Assembly (NCBI GenBank): GCA_964368085.1
Contig: CAYJBG010000003.1
Coordinates: forward strand, 1-49,065
Reading direction: 5' to 3'
Length of the DNA stretch: 49,065 nt
Source: an uncultured Acidiferrobacterales bacterium
GTDB taxonomy: Bacteria; Pseudomonadota; Gammaproteobacteria; Acidiferrobacterales; UBA6901
Positions 35,348 to 44,394 of this stretch are shown here, piece by piece. Every line of letters begins with the position of its first letter. The first letter of the stretch is position 1. The notes beneath the pieces were generated by a model. It searched no databases and was not told the origin of the DNA. It worked only from the letters and a program-made list of their open reading frames with translations. Position numbers and translations under genes: made by a program.

Positions 35348-36025
35348 ATGAACGCGATACCTGCGACTCCGGTTGCCATGTTCTTCAAGGGCATCCCCCT
35401 CTTTGCGGACTTAAGCGATGCCGACCACGGTCTGTTGCTGAAGGTGGCAATGCGTCGCCGTTATCCGCGCCACACGCTGCTCGTCCAGGAAGGCGATGCG
35501 GGCGAGCGCTTCCATCTCCTGCGCCAAGGCCGGGCCAAGGTCTATCTCGGCAATCCCGGGGGTCGCGAGGTGATCCTCGCGATCCTCGGGCCCGGCGACT
35601 TCCTCGGGGAAATGGCGCTGCTCGATGCCGAACCCTGTTCGGCCAATGTCATGACCCTCGAGGAAAGCGAGTTCGTCTCGATCGGCAAGGGCGAATTCCA
35701 GCAGGTGTTGGCCTCGTCCCCGAGCATGGCGGTGAACCTGCTCAAGGCCTTGTCCCAAAGGCTGCGCGAGGCCAACCAGCAGATCGAATCGCTGGCGCTG
35801 AAGGATGTGCAGGCGCGGGTCGAGCAAGCCCTGCGCGGACTCGCCGAACCCGAGGGCGGGGATCTCGTGATCCCGGCACGCCTCACCCACCGCGAGATCG
35901 CCGCCATGGTCGGCGCCTCGCGCGAGATGGTGACTCGGATATTTCGCAGTCTCGAAGAGAGCGGGGTGGTGCGGGTTGAGGGACGGCGCATCACGCTGAC
36001 GCCCCGTGGCCCGGCACAGGCCTGA
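35348..36025 (+). CDS. Crp/Fnr-family transcriptional regulator (cNMP-binding domain + C-terminal HTH)
   Basis: 225 aa. GDFLGEMALLD is a cNMP-binding signature. THREIAAMVGASREMVTRIFRSLEESG is the HTH. There is no N-terminal Cys cluster, so it is not an O2-sensing FNR type. Confidence 0.9.
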   Translation: MNAIPATPVAMFFKGIPLFADLSDADHGLLLKVAMRRRYPRHTLLVQEGDAGERFHLLRQGRAKVYLGNPGGREVILAILGPGDFLGEMALLDAEPCSANVMTLEESEFVSIGKGEFQQVLASSPSMAVNLLKALSQRLREANQQIESLALKDVQARVEQALRGLAEPEGGDLVIPARLTHREIAAMVGASREMVTRIFRSLEESGVVRVEGRRITLTPRGPAQA

Positions 36026-36079
36026 AAAAAGTTACCGCATTGGTGATGCAGATCACCGAACACCGGGATTTTCTCCGGC

Positions 36080-36110
36080 TTCGGTGATTCTCGTCACCGA
36101 ACGGATTTTT
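36080..36110 (+). terminator. Rho-independent terminator after the Crp/Fnr gene
   Basis: TTCGGTGA-ttctcg-TCACCGAA is followed by cggaTTTTT. A second hairpin, GGTGAT-gcag-ATCACC, lies just upstream at 36042-57. Confidence 0.7.
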
Positions 36111-36273
36111 GCCTTTCCCTATTCTCTGGGTTCGTTTCAGGGCACACGAAACGCGGAGGATATGACGAAACCGAAAAGGCGCCGGCCCTGAAACACGCAT
36201 GCCGGGATGAATTTCAAATTTGTCGGTAAAGCAGTTTCCCTAAACTTTGAAAGCGACCAAAAGGTGAATCACG

Positions 36274-36729
36274 ATGAAAACGAACCTGAAACAGAAATTC
36301 CTGCGTACCGTCTTGGGCGGCATGGGGGCCCTGCTGTTGTTGTCCGCCCCGAGTGCCTTTGCCTTTCCCACCACCGGAACCTGCGCGATGTTGGTGACCC
36401 AGCCCGTGCCGTATGGGGCGAGTCTTCCACATTCAACCGGCTATAACATTCTCGCGACGCTGACTTTCACAAGCGCTACGGCCGGCACAGTTGAATATGT
36501 CGGTGCGAGAGCGACTTACGCCACGACCGGAGTCACTGTCGGTACCCCTGAAACCGGAAGCTGGCCATTCACCATCGCGGCAGGCCCCATTGCCGGTTCG
36601 AAGACATTCTCGTTTACCGATACAACCTATGGCTCAACCGTAACCGCCAACATGTACGCCGTGAACGGGGACAGAACCATCCTGGTGCAAGGGGCCAATG
36701 ATCTGTTCAGCGGTGTCTGCCAGTTCTGA
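36274..36729 (+). CDS. Secreted protein of unknown family, 151 aa (mature ~121 aa, predicted all-beta)
   Basis: It has a Sec signal peptide (GGMGALLLLSAPSAFA/FP). Cys residues near both mature termini (TGTCAML ... SGVCQF) could form a disulfide. AAGGTGA is upstream. Its GC3 is lower than that of the surrounding core genes. Confidence 0.7.
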   Translation: MKTNLKQKFLRTVLGGMGALLLLSAPSAFAFPTTGTCAMLVTQPVPYGASLPHSTGYNILATLTFTSATAGTVEYVGARATYATTGVTVGTPETGSWPFTIAAGPIAGSKTFSFTDTTYGSTVTANMYAVNGDRTILVQGANDLFSGVCQF

Positions 36730-36740
36730 GGAGAATCGCC

Positions 36741-36896
36741 ATGAAACCAGTCACCCATTTTGGAATGGCCTTGGCGGTAGCAGCGCTGCTGATCCTGGCC
36801 GGCTGCGGCGGAGGCGGGGGTTCCTCGGCGGCAGCGGCCGACACAACGTCTACCACTTCTTCGGTGGCCGTTACAACTGTTCTAACGACGCAGTAG
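36741..36896 (+). CDS. Small lipoprotein (51 aa) absent from the track: MKPVTHFGMALAVAALLILAGCGGGGGSSAAAADTTSTTSSVAVTTVLTTQ
   Basis: Hand-translated. It has a lipobox (LILAGC). GAGGAG lies 7 nt upstream of the ATG, and the gene starts 11 nt after the previous gene. Confidence 0.55.
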   Translation: MKPVTHFGMALAVAALLILAGCGGGGGSSAAAADTTSTTSSVAVTTVLTTQ

Positions 36897-36945
36897 CCAG
36901 AACGGAATGAGGACAACGCTTGCAACTTTAATGAGGAGAAACGTC

Positions 36946-38664
36946 ATGCAAGAATTCATCTCAACGTATCGGAGATTCTTCACCGCATTGATCGCGTCGT
37001 TGCTCGCGTCGCTCGCCGCCTGCGGTGGCGGTGGTGCGTCGACGCCTCCACCGCCTGCGGCGCCACCCACAGCGTCCTCGGTGATGGCGCTTTATACCAG
37101 TGCCGCGAACTGGAACGACTACTTGCGCAACGACGGCGCGAGCCTATTCCAGGCGAGTAATACTGCTTGCACCGGTACCGAAACCGGCGACCACAACGTC
37201 TGCCTGCACGGCGGTGAGTTGCGCGCCGTGGTTGTGGCCGGACGCAGCAGTTGCGCGGGACTCTCTGCCGCCGACGCGCTCGGCGCCTTCGACTGGACCT
37301 GCGACGCTTCCGTAAACCCGGTACGCGTGGTCTCGGCGGGTTTGAAGCGCAACAAGAATCTTTCGGACCTGATCGACTTTTCCGCGGCGGCCTGGCGCGC
37401 CAACAGCGTGACGGTGAGCGACGGCGCGACGGCGCTGTTTGCCACCCCGTCATCCGCGTGGTGGAGCAACCCCGTGACACTCGCGAACGGCGGCGGCACG
37501 CTCGCCGCCGCCGGCACGACCTATCTCGCCACGGCCAACCCGGATGCCGTCTACACCTTCGGCGCCGACCGCGTGGCGTTCGTGGTGCAACCCGGGATCG
37601 AGATTACCGCGCCCGCGGCCATGCCGCGGGTCGTGTACGGCAGCGCGAAAAACTTTCTCTGGCTCGAAGGCGCAATCCATATTCAGGGCACGAACAGCGG
37701 GATCTCGCTCTTCACGGTCAAGTTCTCGCGCCTGCGCAACGTCGCGATTCGCGGCAGCGGCGGAACTTCCGGTACCGCCGCCCTGGACACCGACGCGTTG
37801 TCCGCGAGCCGGTTACTGCGTGTCACGATCATCAAGTCGGCTCTTTTCGGCGCCTATTTCACCAACGCCGGCGGTAACCTCATCGAGGAGATTGCGGTCG
37901 CGGACAACGCCGATACAGGACTGCGCCTCACCGGAAATCACAACGTGGTTTCTGGAGTGAAGGCCCAGGGCAACGGCGGTTTCGCCGGTATTCTGTACGG
38001 CGGCCCGCAAACCCTCCAGCAGGTCTACGCGGGCGGCAACGCGGGCAGCGGCATCGTCTCCTTTTCCGGCCAGAACAGCCGGGTCAATAACACCACGACC
38101 GTCAATAATGCCAGCGGCGGCCTGAGGCTCGCCAATGACGGCGCCACGGTCTCCGACGCGAGCCTGGTGATCAATCTCGCGAGCGCCAACGACGGCGCCG
38201 GGCTTACGCTCGTCAATACCGCCGGCGCTCCCAGTCCGGCACCGGCGGGCGGCACGTTCGAAAACCTGGCGATCGGCCACGCGGGGGCGATCGGGGTGAC
38301 GCTGCAAAATTCCTCGAACAATCGTTTCACCGGGCTGCTCAAGGTCGGCAACAATCTGACCGATTGCACCGTTACTGGCACCAACCCCGGGCTCGTGACG
38401 ACCACCTGCGCCAACCAGGGCGCCTCGGACGCCGTGCTCACGACGGGCATCGGCCTGGCGGCGAGCATTCCGGGAAAGGTAACGGGCGACGACGCCGTGA
38501 ACACCAGCGACGCCAGCGGGCTCGCCGCCTACGACACGCTCACCGACTGGCTCGGCTTCGCCAACGAGGCGCGCGGCTGGGGGCGCGACGGCAGCGCCTT
38601 CCCCACAACGCCGACCACCGTGGGCGCTGCGCCACCGGCGCGAACTGCCGCATCTGGGACATGA
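36946..38664 (+). CDS. Lipoprotein with a Cys-rich N-terminal region and a right-handed parallel beta-helix-like repeat region (N-terminal 572 aa as annotated)
   Basis: The ATG at 36946 follows GAGGAG. The lipobox is LASLAAC, followed by GGGG. Repeated ~22-25-aa G/N/T/S-rich segments occur (NVAIRGSGG..., NLIEEIAVADNADTGLRLTGNHNVVSGV..., GNAGSGIVSFSGQNSRVNN...NASGGLRLANDGATV...). GC3 collapses for the last ~20 codons, and the coding signal moves to the -1 frame at 38601-38604. Confidence 0.7.
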   Translation: MQEFISTYRRFFTALIASLLASLAACGGGGASTPPPPAAPPTASSVMALYTSAANWNDYLRNDGASLFQASNTACTGTETGDHNVCLHGGELRAVVVAGRSSCAGLSAADALGAFDWTCDASVNPVRVVSAGLKRNKNLSDLIDFSAAAWRANSVTVSDGATALFATPSSAWWSNPVTLANGGGTLAAAGTTYLATANPDAVYTFGADRVAFVVQPGIEITAPAAMPRVVYGSAKNFLWLEGAIHIQGTNSGISLFTVKFSRLRNVAIRGSGGTSGTAALDTDALSASRLLRVTIIKSALFGAYFTNAGGNLIEEIAVADNADTGLRLTGNHNVVSGVKAQGNGGFAGILYGGPQTLQQVYAGGNAGSGIVSFSGQNSRVNNTTTVNNASGGLRLANDGATVSDASLVINLASANDGAGLTLVNTAGAPSPAPAGGTFENLAIGHAGAIGVTLQNSSNNRFTGLLKVGNNLTDCTVTGTNPGLVTTTCANQGASDAVLTTGIGLAASIPGKVTGDDAVNTSDASGLAAYDTLTDWLGFANEARGWGRDGSAFPTTPTTVGAAPPARTAASGT

Positions 38665-39035
38665 GCCTCGCGAGCGCCGATACCGTGGTACGCGGCGTGC
38701 TCCCCAAGTACCTGAACGGCAACGCCGCGAGCACCATTATGCACGTCTGGTCGGTCACGGCGCCGACCAACCAGGCCGACTGTACCGCGGCCGTACCCGG
38801 CTCGGTGTTCTCGGGTGGCGAGTGCCGCAACACCTTCCTGCGCAATGCCGTGGAGATTTTGGGTGACGGGTTCGGCAACGACAACGGCCTGTGCGAGTCG
38901 AACGAGCGCTGCCTGCACACGCCCAACATCGGTGCCTACCAGGGCCACGGCGCGCTGATCTCGGCCGGCGGCTTCACGAACGGCGACACGTTGAGCAGCA
39001 TCGAGCTGCTCGAATACTCGACCAATGGCCGATGA
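38604..39035 (+). CDS. C-terminal continuation of the beta-helix lipoprotein in the -1 frame (alternatively a separate ATGA-coupled 124-aa ORF from 38661)
   Basis: The frame-0 translation is HNADHRGRCATGANCRIWDMSLASADTVVRGVLPKYLNG...CESNERCLHTPNIGAYQGHGALISAGGFTNGDTLSSIELLEYSTNGR*. It has high GC3 from 38604 onward, is Cys-rich like an extracytoplasmic domain, and has no signal peptide of its own. Confidence 0.55.
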   Translation, partial: HNADHRGRCATGANCRIWDMSLASADTVVRGVLPKYLNGNAASTIMHVWSVTAPTNQADCTAAVPGSVFSGGECRNTFLRNAVEILGDGFGNDNGLCESNERCLHTPNIGAYQGHGALISAGGFTNGDTLSSIELLEYSTNGR

Positions 39036-39096
39036 GCGGCCGTGTCGATATTTGCGAACAATACGGTGTTGAAACCGGTGTAAGAGGAGAAACCAA

Positions 39097-40854
39097 ATGC
39101 TGAAGATACCGGCGGTCATCAAAGTCTTGTCCCTGGCCACGCTACTCGCCCTCGCCGCCTGTGGAGGCGGCGGGGGCGGAGGCGGTGGTGGCGCCACGCC
39201 GCCGGTCACCGGCTTTACTAAAAACGTGTCCTTGCCCGTCGCGCCTGCGGGCGACTGGAATCTTTTCTCCTCGGGCGCAGGCTCCAAGCGCTACCAGGCC
39301 CTGGTCCGGGCGCAGGACATTCGAGGCTCCGGCCCGCTGCGGTCGTTGGCGTTCCGGCGCGGCGCGGACTCGATTGGCAACAGTTGTCCGAACGTCACCA
39401 TTAAGCTCGTGCACCGGCCCGTTAGCGCCACACTCGACACCACCTTCGCCAACAACGTCACGCCGGGGCGGGGCGCGGTAACAACCGTGTTCGGCCCAGC
39501 CACGCTCACGATTCCCGCCGAATTTGCTGGCGAGTATTTCACTATCCCCTTGAACGGCGCGTTCAACTACAACGGCGTGGATAACCTGATCGTGGACATC
39601 GAGACCGACGGTTGCAGCGCGAACACCGTGATCGACGCCCGCGATGCGAACCCGGTGTACACCGCGCTGATCTACCACTTTACCGACCGCACGGCGCCCA
39701 CGGGTTCAACCTGGAACAGCCTCGCCGACATGAAGTTCACCTTCGCCGGTGGCGACAACCGGGTGCAGTCTCCCGGCGCCTTGGGTCTCAGCTCCTTTCC
39801 ATTCACTGCGGCAGCCGGGGGAGCCAAAGTCCAACTGCTCTACTACAGCTCCGCATTCACCAGCGATGAAATCGACGGCAGCGGTCCGATTACGGGCATT
39901 GCCTTCCCGATCGCGGGCGGCGCTGGTTTCCCACCCGGCCCAGTGACCGCGCAAACCCATACGGTCACCGTGAAGCTCGGCCACTCGACCCTCACCGCCC
40001 TTACCGACACGTTCGCGAACAATTTCAACAGCGGTGCCCCGGTGACCGTGGCCAATGCCGTGACGTTCGAGATTCCGGCGGGTGTGCCGGCCGGACGATA
40101 CCTTTGGGCGCCGCTGCCGGACGGAACATTCAACTACAACGGTACGGACAATCTCATCGTCGAGATCGAGGCGAGCGCCGCACCGGCATTCACCTGGACG
40201 ACCACGCATGAAGATACGCTGAGCCAGCGACGGCTCTCGGCCTCTTCGGGTGCGACGACCGGGATGCTGGACAGAATCGTGAACGACATCCAACTGCGCT
40301 TCGCCGGCGGCGGCATGGACGCGATCACTCCAGACGCGATGTCGGGCGGCCTCTCGGATTCTTTCCCGTTTGCCAACATCAACGGGAAGCGCCAATTCCT
40401 GTATCGCGCCGCAGAACTCGGCACCCGGGGAACGATCTCGAAAATCGCGTGCCGCACCAACACGGGCGGTCCGAGCACGACTGGCTTCAACTACTCAGTG
40501 GTACTGAGCCACAGCACGGCGTCCACTCTGGACACCAGCTTCGCTACTAACTTGGTGAGCCCGGTAACGGTGTTCAGCGGTACATTCAACCTGCCGGCGA
40601 TGGTCGCCGGCGATTGGATCGAGATCCCCTTGACGACGCCATTCGCCTACAACGGTCGACACAACTTGGTGCTGGAAATCGGCGGTACCGGTGGAGAATC
40701 GGGTGGCGGGATTTTTTCGGACAGGTTTGCGTGCGCACGCGATGACGCAAGCACCGCGCTTTACGCCGGACGCCGGTTGTTCGGTGCAACATCGACTGAC
40801 GCCACGGGCTCCGTAAGCAACTCGATGATCGACACGCGCTTCACGTTGCAATGA
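39097..40854 (+). CDS. Lipoprotein composed of three tandem copies of a ~180-aa module of unknown family, 585 aa
   Basis: The lipobox is LLALAAC, followed by poly-Gly. Conserved blocks recur three times: TFANN / TFANN / SFATN at aa 116, 305 and 481; F(N/A)YNG..NL(I/V)(V/L)(D/E)I at aa 156, 345 and 516; and a module end of (K/R)F(T)(F/L) at aa 213, 401 and 581. Confidence 0.8.
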   Translation: MLKIPAVIKVLSLATLLALAACGGGGGGGGGGATPPVTGFTKNVSLPVAPAGDWNLFSSGAGSKRYQALVRAQDIRGSGPLRSLAFRRGADSIGNSCPNVTIKLVHRPVSATLDTTFANNVTPGRGAVTTVFGPATLTIPAEFAGEYFTIPLNGAFNYNGVDNLIVDIETDGCSANTVIDARDANPVYTALIYHFTDRTAPTGSTWNSLADMKFTFAGGDNRVQSPGALGLSSFPFTAAAGGAKVQLLYYSSAFTSDEIDGSGPITGIAFPIAGGAGFPPGPVTAQTHTVTVKLGHSTLTALTDTFANNFNSGAPVTVANAVTFEIPAGVPAGRYLWAPLPDGTFNYNGTDNLIVEIEASAAPAFTWTTTHEDTLSQRRLSASSGATTGMLDRIVNDIQLRFAGGGMDAITPDAMSGGLSDSFPFANINGKRQFLYRAAELGTRGTISKIACRTNTGGPSTTGFNYSVVLSHSTASTLDTSFATNLVSPVTVFSGTFNLPAMVAGDWIEIPLTTPFAYNGRHNLVLEIGGTGGESGGGIFSDRFACARDDASTALYAGRRLFGATSTDATGSVSNSMIDTRFTLQ

Positions 40855-41199
40855 CGGTGTTCGTCAATCGCGGCGAAACAATGCAGACTGGCCGAGGTCC
40901 GGTGCCAAAAGCACGGAAGGCTGCATCGCCCGGCGCTATCCGCACGCCGATCGTGGCAAGGTTGGAATCGTGCAAAACTGTATATGCGCCGCGGCTTCTA
41001 TAGCATCGACTCGCGGCGGGCGGGTCTGTTGCAACGACCCAGGTACACCATGGAGGGGCATGAGTGAGGTGCATTTACTGCAGTCGTTCTTTACAACAGT
41101 GGAGCGGTTCAGGCAATCGGCATAGACCCACCATTTTCATGGACGACGGCAAGGGTGCGTTTCTAATATAGTGGTGCGGAAATCCGCTCCCATCACACC

Positions 41200-43278
41200 A
41201 TGACCGCCTCCACAAAATTCACCAACGCGCTGGCGCAAGAAACCAGTCCGTATCTTCTTCAACACGCGCACAACCCGGTGGACTGGCAACCGTGGAATGC
41301 CGAAGCGCTGCAACGCGCGCGCCGCGAGGACAAACCGATTCTGCTGTCGATCGGTTACTCGGCCTGCCACTGGTGTCACGTGATGGCGCACGAATCGTTC
41401 GAGGACGAAGCCACCGCGCAGGTGATGAACGAGTTGTTCGTCAATATTAAAGTCGACCGCGAGGAGCGTCCCGACCTCGACCGCATTTACCAGACCGCGC
41501 ATCAAATGCTCGCGCAGCGCGCGGGCGGCTGGCCGCTCACCATGTTTCTCATGCCCGACGATCACACGCCGTTCTTCGGTGGCACCTATTTTCCGAAGGA
41601 GCCGCGTTTTGGGCTGCCGGCGTTTACCGATTTGTGCCGGCGCATCGCCACTTACTACCGCGAGAGCCGCGTTGAAATCACGCAACAGAATGCCGCAGTG
41701 CGTGAGAACTTCCGGCGCTTGGCGGCCGGCGGTTCGCCTGCGGGCGTGCAGATCACCGATGGCGTGCTGACACGGGCACGCAAAGAGATCGCCGACCAGT
41801 TTGAGCCTAAACACGGCGGCTTCGGTCAGGCGCCCAAGTTTCCGCACCCGACCACCATCGAGCGATTGCTGCGCCACTGGGCGGCGCATCCGGACGACAA
41901 CGAGGCCCTGCACATGGCGCGCTTCAGCCTGCACGCTATGGCCGCGGGCGGCGTCTACGACCAGCTGGGCGGCGGCTTCTGCCGCTACTCGGTGGACGAT
42001 TACTGGATGATCCCGCACTTCGAAAAAATGTTGTACGACAACGGCCAGTTGATGGCACTGTATGCCGATGCCGCGCTCGCCACCGGCGATGCCGCCTTCA
42101 AGCGAGTGGCGCTCGAAACCGCCGAGTGGGTGATGCGCGAAATGCAGTCGCCTGAAGGTGGTTACTATTCGGCGCTCGACGCTGATTCAGAAGGCGAAGA
42201 AGGAAAATTCTACGTTTGGACACCGGACGCGGTGCGGGCGCTGCTCAGTGCCGACGAATACAAACTGTTCGCACCGGTGTACGGCCTCGACCGCCCGCCC
42301 AACTTCGAGAACCATGCCTGGAATCCGTACATTTTTCAGGCTCCCGAAGACGTGGCGCGCAAGCTTGTTATGGATGCCGCTACCGTCACGCCACTGCTGG
42401 CGAGCGCGCGCCGCAAACTCTTCGTCGCGCGCGAACAACGCGTGCGCCCCGGCCGCGACGACAAGGTGCTCGCCTCTTGGAACGGACTCATGATCAAGGG
42501 CATGGCGCGCACCGGCCGGCTGCTCGGGCGTGCCGACTTTATCGCCTCGGCCGAGCGCGCCTTCGATTTTCTGCGTGCACAAATGTGGAAGAACGACCGG
42601 TTGCTCGCTTCCTATAAGGATGGGCGCGCGCACCTTAACGCCTACCTGGATGACTATGCGTTCCTGATCGACGGCGGACTGGAACTTCTGCAGGCGCGCT
42701 GGCGCGACGGCGATCTCGCGTTTCTCATCGAGCTGGCCGAAGCCCTGCTCGACCGCTTCGAGGACAAGACCGGCGGCGGCTTCTTCTTCACCTCTGACGA
42801 TCATGAGCAACTCATCCATCGGCCGAAGCCAGCGGGCGACGAGGCCATCCCCTCCGGTAACGGCATCGCCGCACAAACGCTGCTGCGCCTCGGCCACCTG
42901 CTCGGTACGGCCCATTATCTGGATGCCGCGCACAACGCGCTGGCCGTGCTGTACCGCGATATTCAACATTACCCGTCGGGACACAACGCATTGCTGGCGG
43001 CAGTTGAGGAATATCTTTATCCCACTCAAACTATCGTGCTGCGCGGCGATATTCAGGCCATGCAGCCGTGGTTGGCGCGTTGCACGCGGCATTACGCGCC
43101 GCGCCGCCTGACGCTCGCGATTCCAAACGATGCGAAGGAACTACCGGGGATCTTGGTGCAGCGCGCCGGTAAAGATGCCGTGACTGCCTATGTGTGCACC
43201 GGCTACGCCTGCCAGGCGCCGGTAACGGAATTCATGCAACTGGAAACGGTGCTCGCCGCGACCGAGGCATCCCGCTAG
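41200..43278 (+). CDS. Thioredoxin-domain protein of the YyaL/DUF255 family (Trx-like N-domain + six-hairpin (alpha/alpha)6 domain)
   Basis: 692 aa. [54 protein letters not shown] is the hallmark DUF255 N-terminus. Confidence 0.85.
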   Translation: MTASTKFTNALAQETSPYLLQHAHNPVDWQPWNAEALQRARREDKPILLSIGYSACHWCHVMAHESFEDEATAQVMNELFVNIKVDREERPDLDRIYQTAHQMLAQRAGGWPLTMFLMPDDHTPFFGGTYFPKEPRFGLPAFTDLCRRIATYYRESRVEITQQNAAVRENFRRLAAGGSPAGVQITDGVLTRARKEIADQFEPKHGGFGQAPKFPHPTTIERLLRHWAAHPDDNEALHMARFSLHAMAAGGVYDQLGGGFCRYSVDDYWMIPHFEKMLYDNGQLMALYADAALATGDAAFKRVALETAEWVMREMQSPEGGYYSALDADSEGEEGKFYVWTPDAVRALLSADEYKLFAPVYGLDRPPNFENHAWNPYIFQAPEDVARKLVMDAATVTPLLASARRKLFVAREQRVRPGRDDKVLASWNGLMIKGMARTGRLLGRADFIASAERAFDFLRAQMWKNDRLLASYKDGRAHLNAYLDDYAFLIDGGLELLQARWRDGDLAFLIELAEALLDRFEDKTGGGFFFTSDDHEQLIHRPKPAGDEAIPSGNGIAAQTLLRLGHLLGTAHYLDAAHNALAVLYRDIQHYPSGHNALLAAVEEYLYPTQTIVLRGDIQAMQPWLARCTRHYAPRRLTLAIPNDAKELPGILVQRAGKDAVTAYVCTGYACQAPVTEFMQLETVLAATEASR

Positions 43279-43321
43279 GCTGCGCGTTTAGGGAAAGCAC
43301 GCTTGCACAAAAATAGCTGTT

Positions 43322-44257
43322 TTACTGAAAGCTGGACCCGAAGCTGTCCTTGAAACGCTGGGCGAAGGTGGCGTGGTCGAACTCGTGGTTCTGCGTGCCG
43401 TGCCGCTCGATCTTGATCGCGCCGAGCAGCGCGGCAACGCGTCCGGCGGTTTCCCAGTCCATGTTGCGCGCTATACCGTACAGCAGCCCGGCGCGGTAGG
43501 CATCGCCACAGCCGGTGGGGTCGGCGATCTGGGCGATCTTGGCCGCCGGAATCTTGTGCAGTTTGCCGTTCACGCGGATCTCCGAGCCCTCGCCGCCGCG
43601 CGTCACGATCATCGCCTGTACGCGCGCCGCCAGATCTTTCTGAGACTTGCCGGTCTTGTCCATGAGCAACTTGCACTCGTAGTCATTGACAGTCAGGTAA
43701 GTGGCCTGTTCGAGAAACGCGAGCAGTTCTTCGCCGCCGAACATCGGCATGCCCTGGCCGGGGTCGAAGATGAACGGTATGCCGGCCTGCGCGAATTGCT
43801 GGGCGTGGGTAATCATGCCGTCGCGTCCATCCGGTGAGACGATGCCGAGCTTCACGCCGTTCGCCTGACTGACCGTGTTCAAATGCGCATGGCCCATGGC
43901 GCCGGGATGAAACGCGGTGATCTGATTGTCGTCCATGTCGGTGGTGATGAACGCCTGGGCGGTGTAGGTGCCGGGCACCACGGTCACGTGGTCGCGCTGG
44001 ATGCCGCACCGATCCATCCATTTCGCGTACGACTCGAAATCCTCGCCCACTGTCCCCATCGGCAACACGTCGCCGCCCAGGCAGTGCAGGTTGTAGGCAA
44101 TGTTACCGGCACAACCGCCGAACTCGCGGCGCATTTTCGGCACCATGAACGACACGTTCAGAATGTGCACCTGATCGGGCAGGATGTGATTCTTGAACCG
44201 GTCGTTGAAGACCATAATCGTGTCGTAGGCGAAGGAACCGCAAACCAGAACTGTCAT
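43322..44257 (-). CDS. PfkB-family carbohydrate/nucleoside kinase (adenosine-kinase-like)
   Basis: 311 aa. The N-terminus GSFAYDTIMVFNDRFKNHILPDQVHILNVSFMVPKMRREFGGCAGNIAYNLHCLGG resembles mycobacterial-type adenosine kinase. The C-terminal DPTGCGDAYRAG is the PfkB signature. Confidence 0.8.
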   Translation of the reverse strand: MTVLVCGSFAYDTIMVFNDRFKNHILPDQVHILNVSFMVPKMRREFGGCAGNIAYNLHCLGGDVLPMGTVGEDFESYAKWMDRCGIQRDHVTVVPGTYTAQAFITTDMDDNQITAFHPGAMGHAHLNTVSQANGVKLGIVSPDGRDGMITHAQQFAQAGIPFIFDPGQGMPMFGGEELLAFLEQATYLTVNDYECKLLMDKTGKSQKDLAARVQAMIVTRGGEGSEIRVNGKLHKIPAAKIAQIADPTGCGDAYRAGLLYGIARNMDWETAGRVAALLGAIKIERHGTQNHEFDHATFAQRFKDSFGSSFQ

Positions 44258-44394
44258 GGACGCTTTCCGTTATTGTGGGGGCAGACCGGCGCGGTGTGTC
44301 CGGGGCATTCAGGCACTGCGATCATAACCGGTTTTCCAGGCCGAAACGCGTGCCGGCCTCCTTGTATTTTCCGGTCGGCACAAGGAGCAGAATC

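Noticed and set aside
36200-36273. Sigma-70 promoter (TTTGTC-N16-TAAACT) and a Crp-type box upstream of the exported-protein operon
   Set aside because: The hexamers are a plausible but weak match. I found no TGTGA-N6-TCACA or TTGAT-N4-ATCAA site. This is not strong enough to list as a feature.
38595-38610. Programmed -1 ribosomal frameshift in the beta-helix lipoprotein gene
   Set aside because: The site (T TCC CCA C) is not an X XXY YYZ slippery heptamer, and I see no obvious downstream stimulatory structure. A homopolymer indel or a sequencing error is more parsimonious. It is kept as a finding, but not as programmed recoding.
40841-41074. 77-aa minus-strand ORF, and a 40-codon plus-strand ORF, in the 345-bp spacer before the YyaL-like gene
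   Set aside because: Neither has an SD, GC3 is poor, and neither has a recognisable motif. The spacer is more likely a promoter or UTR. I could not identify an RNA family in it by eye.
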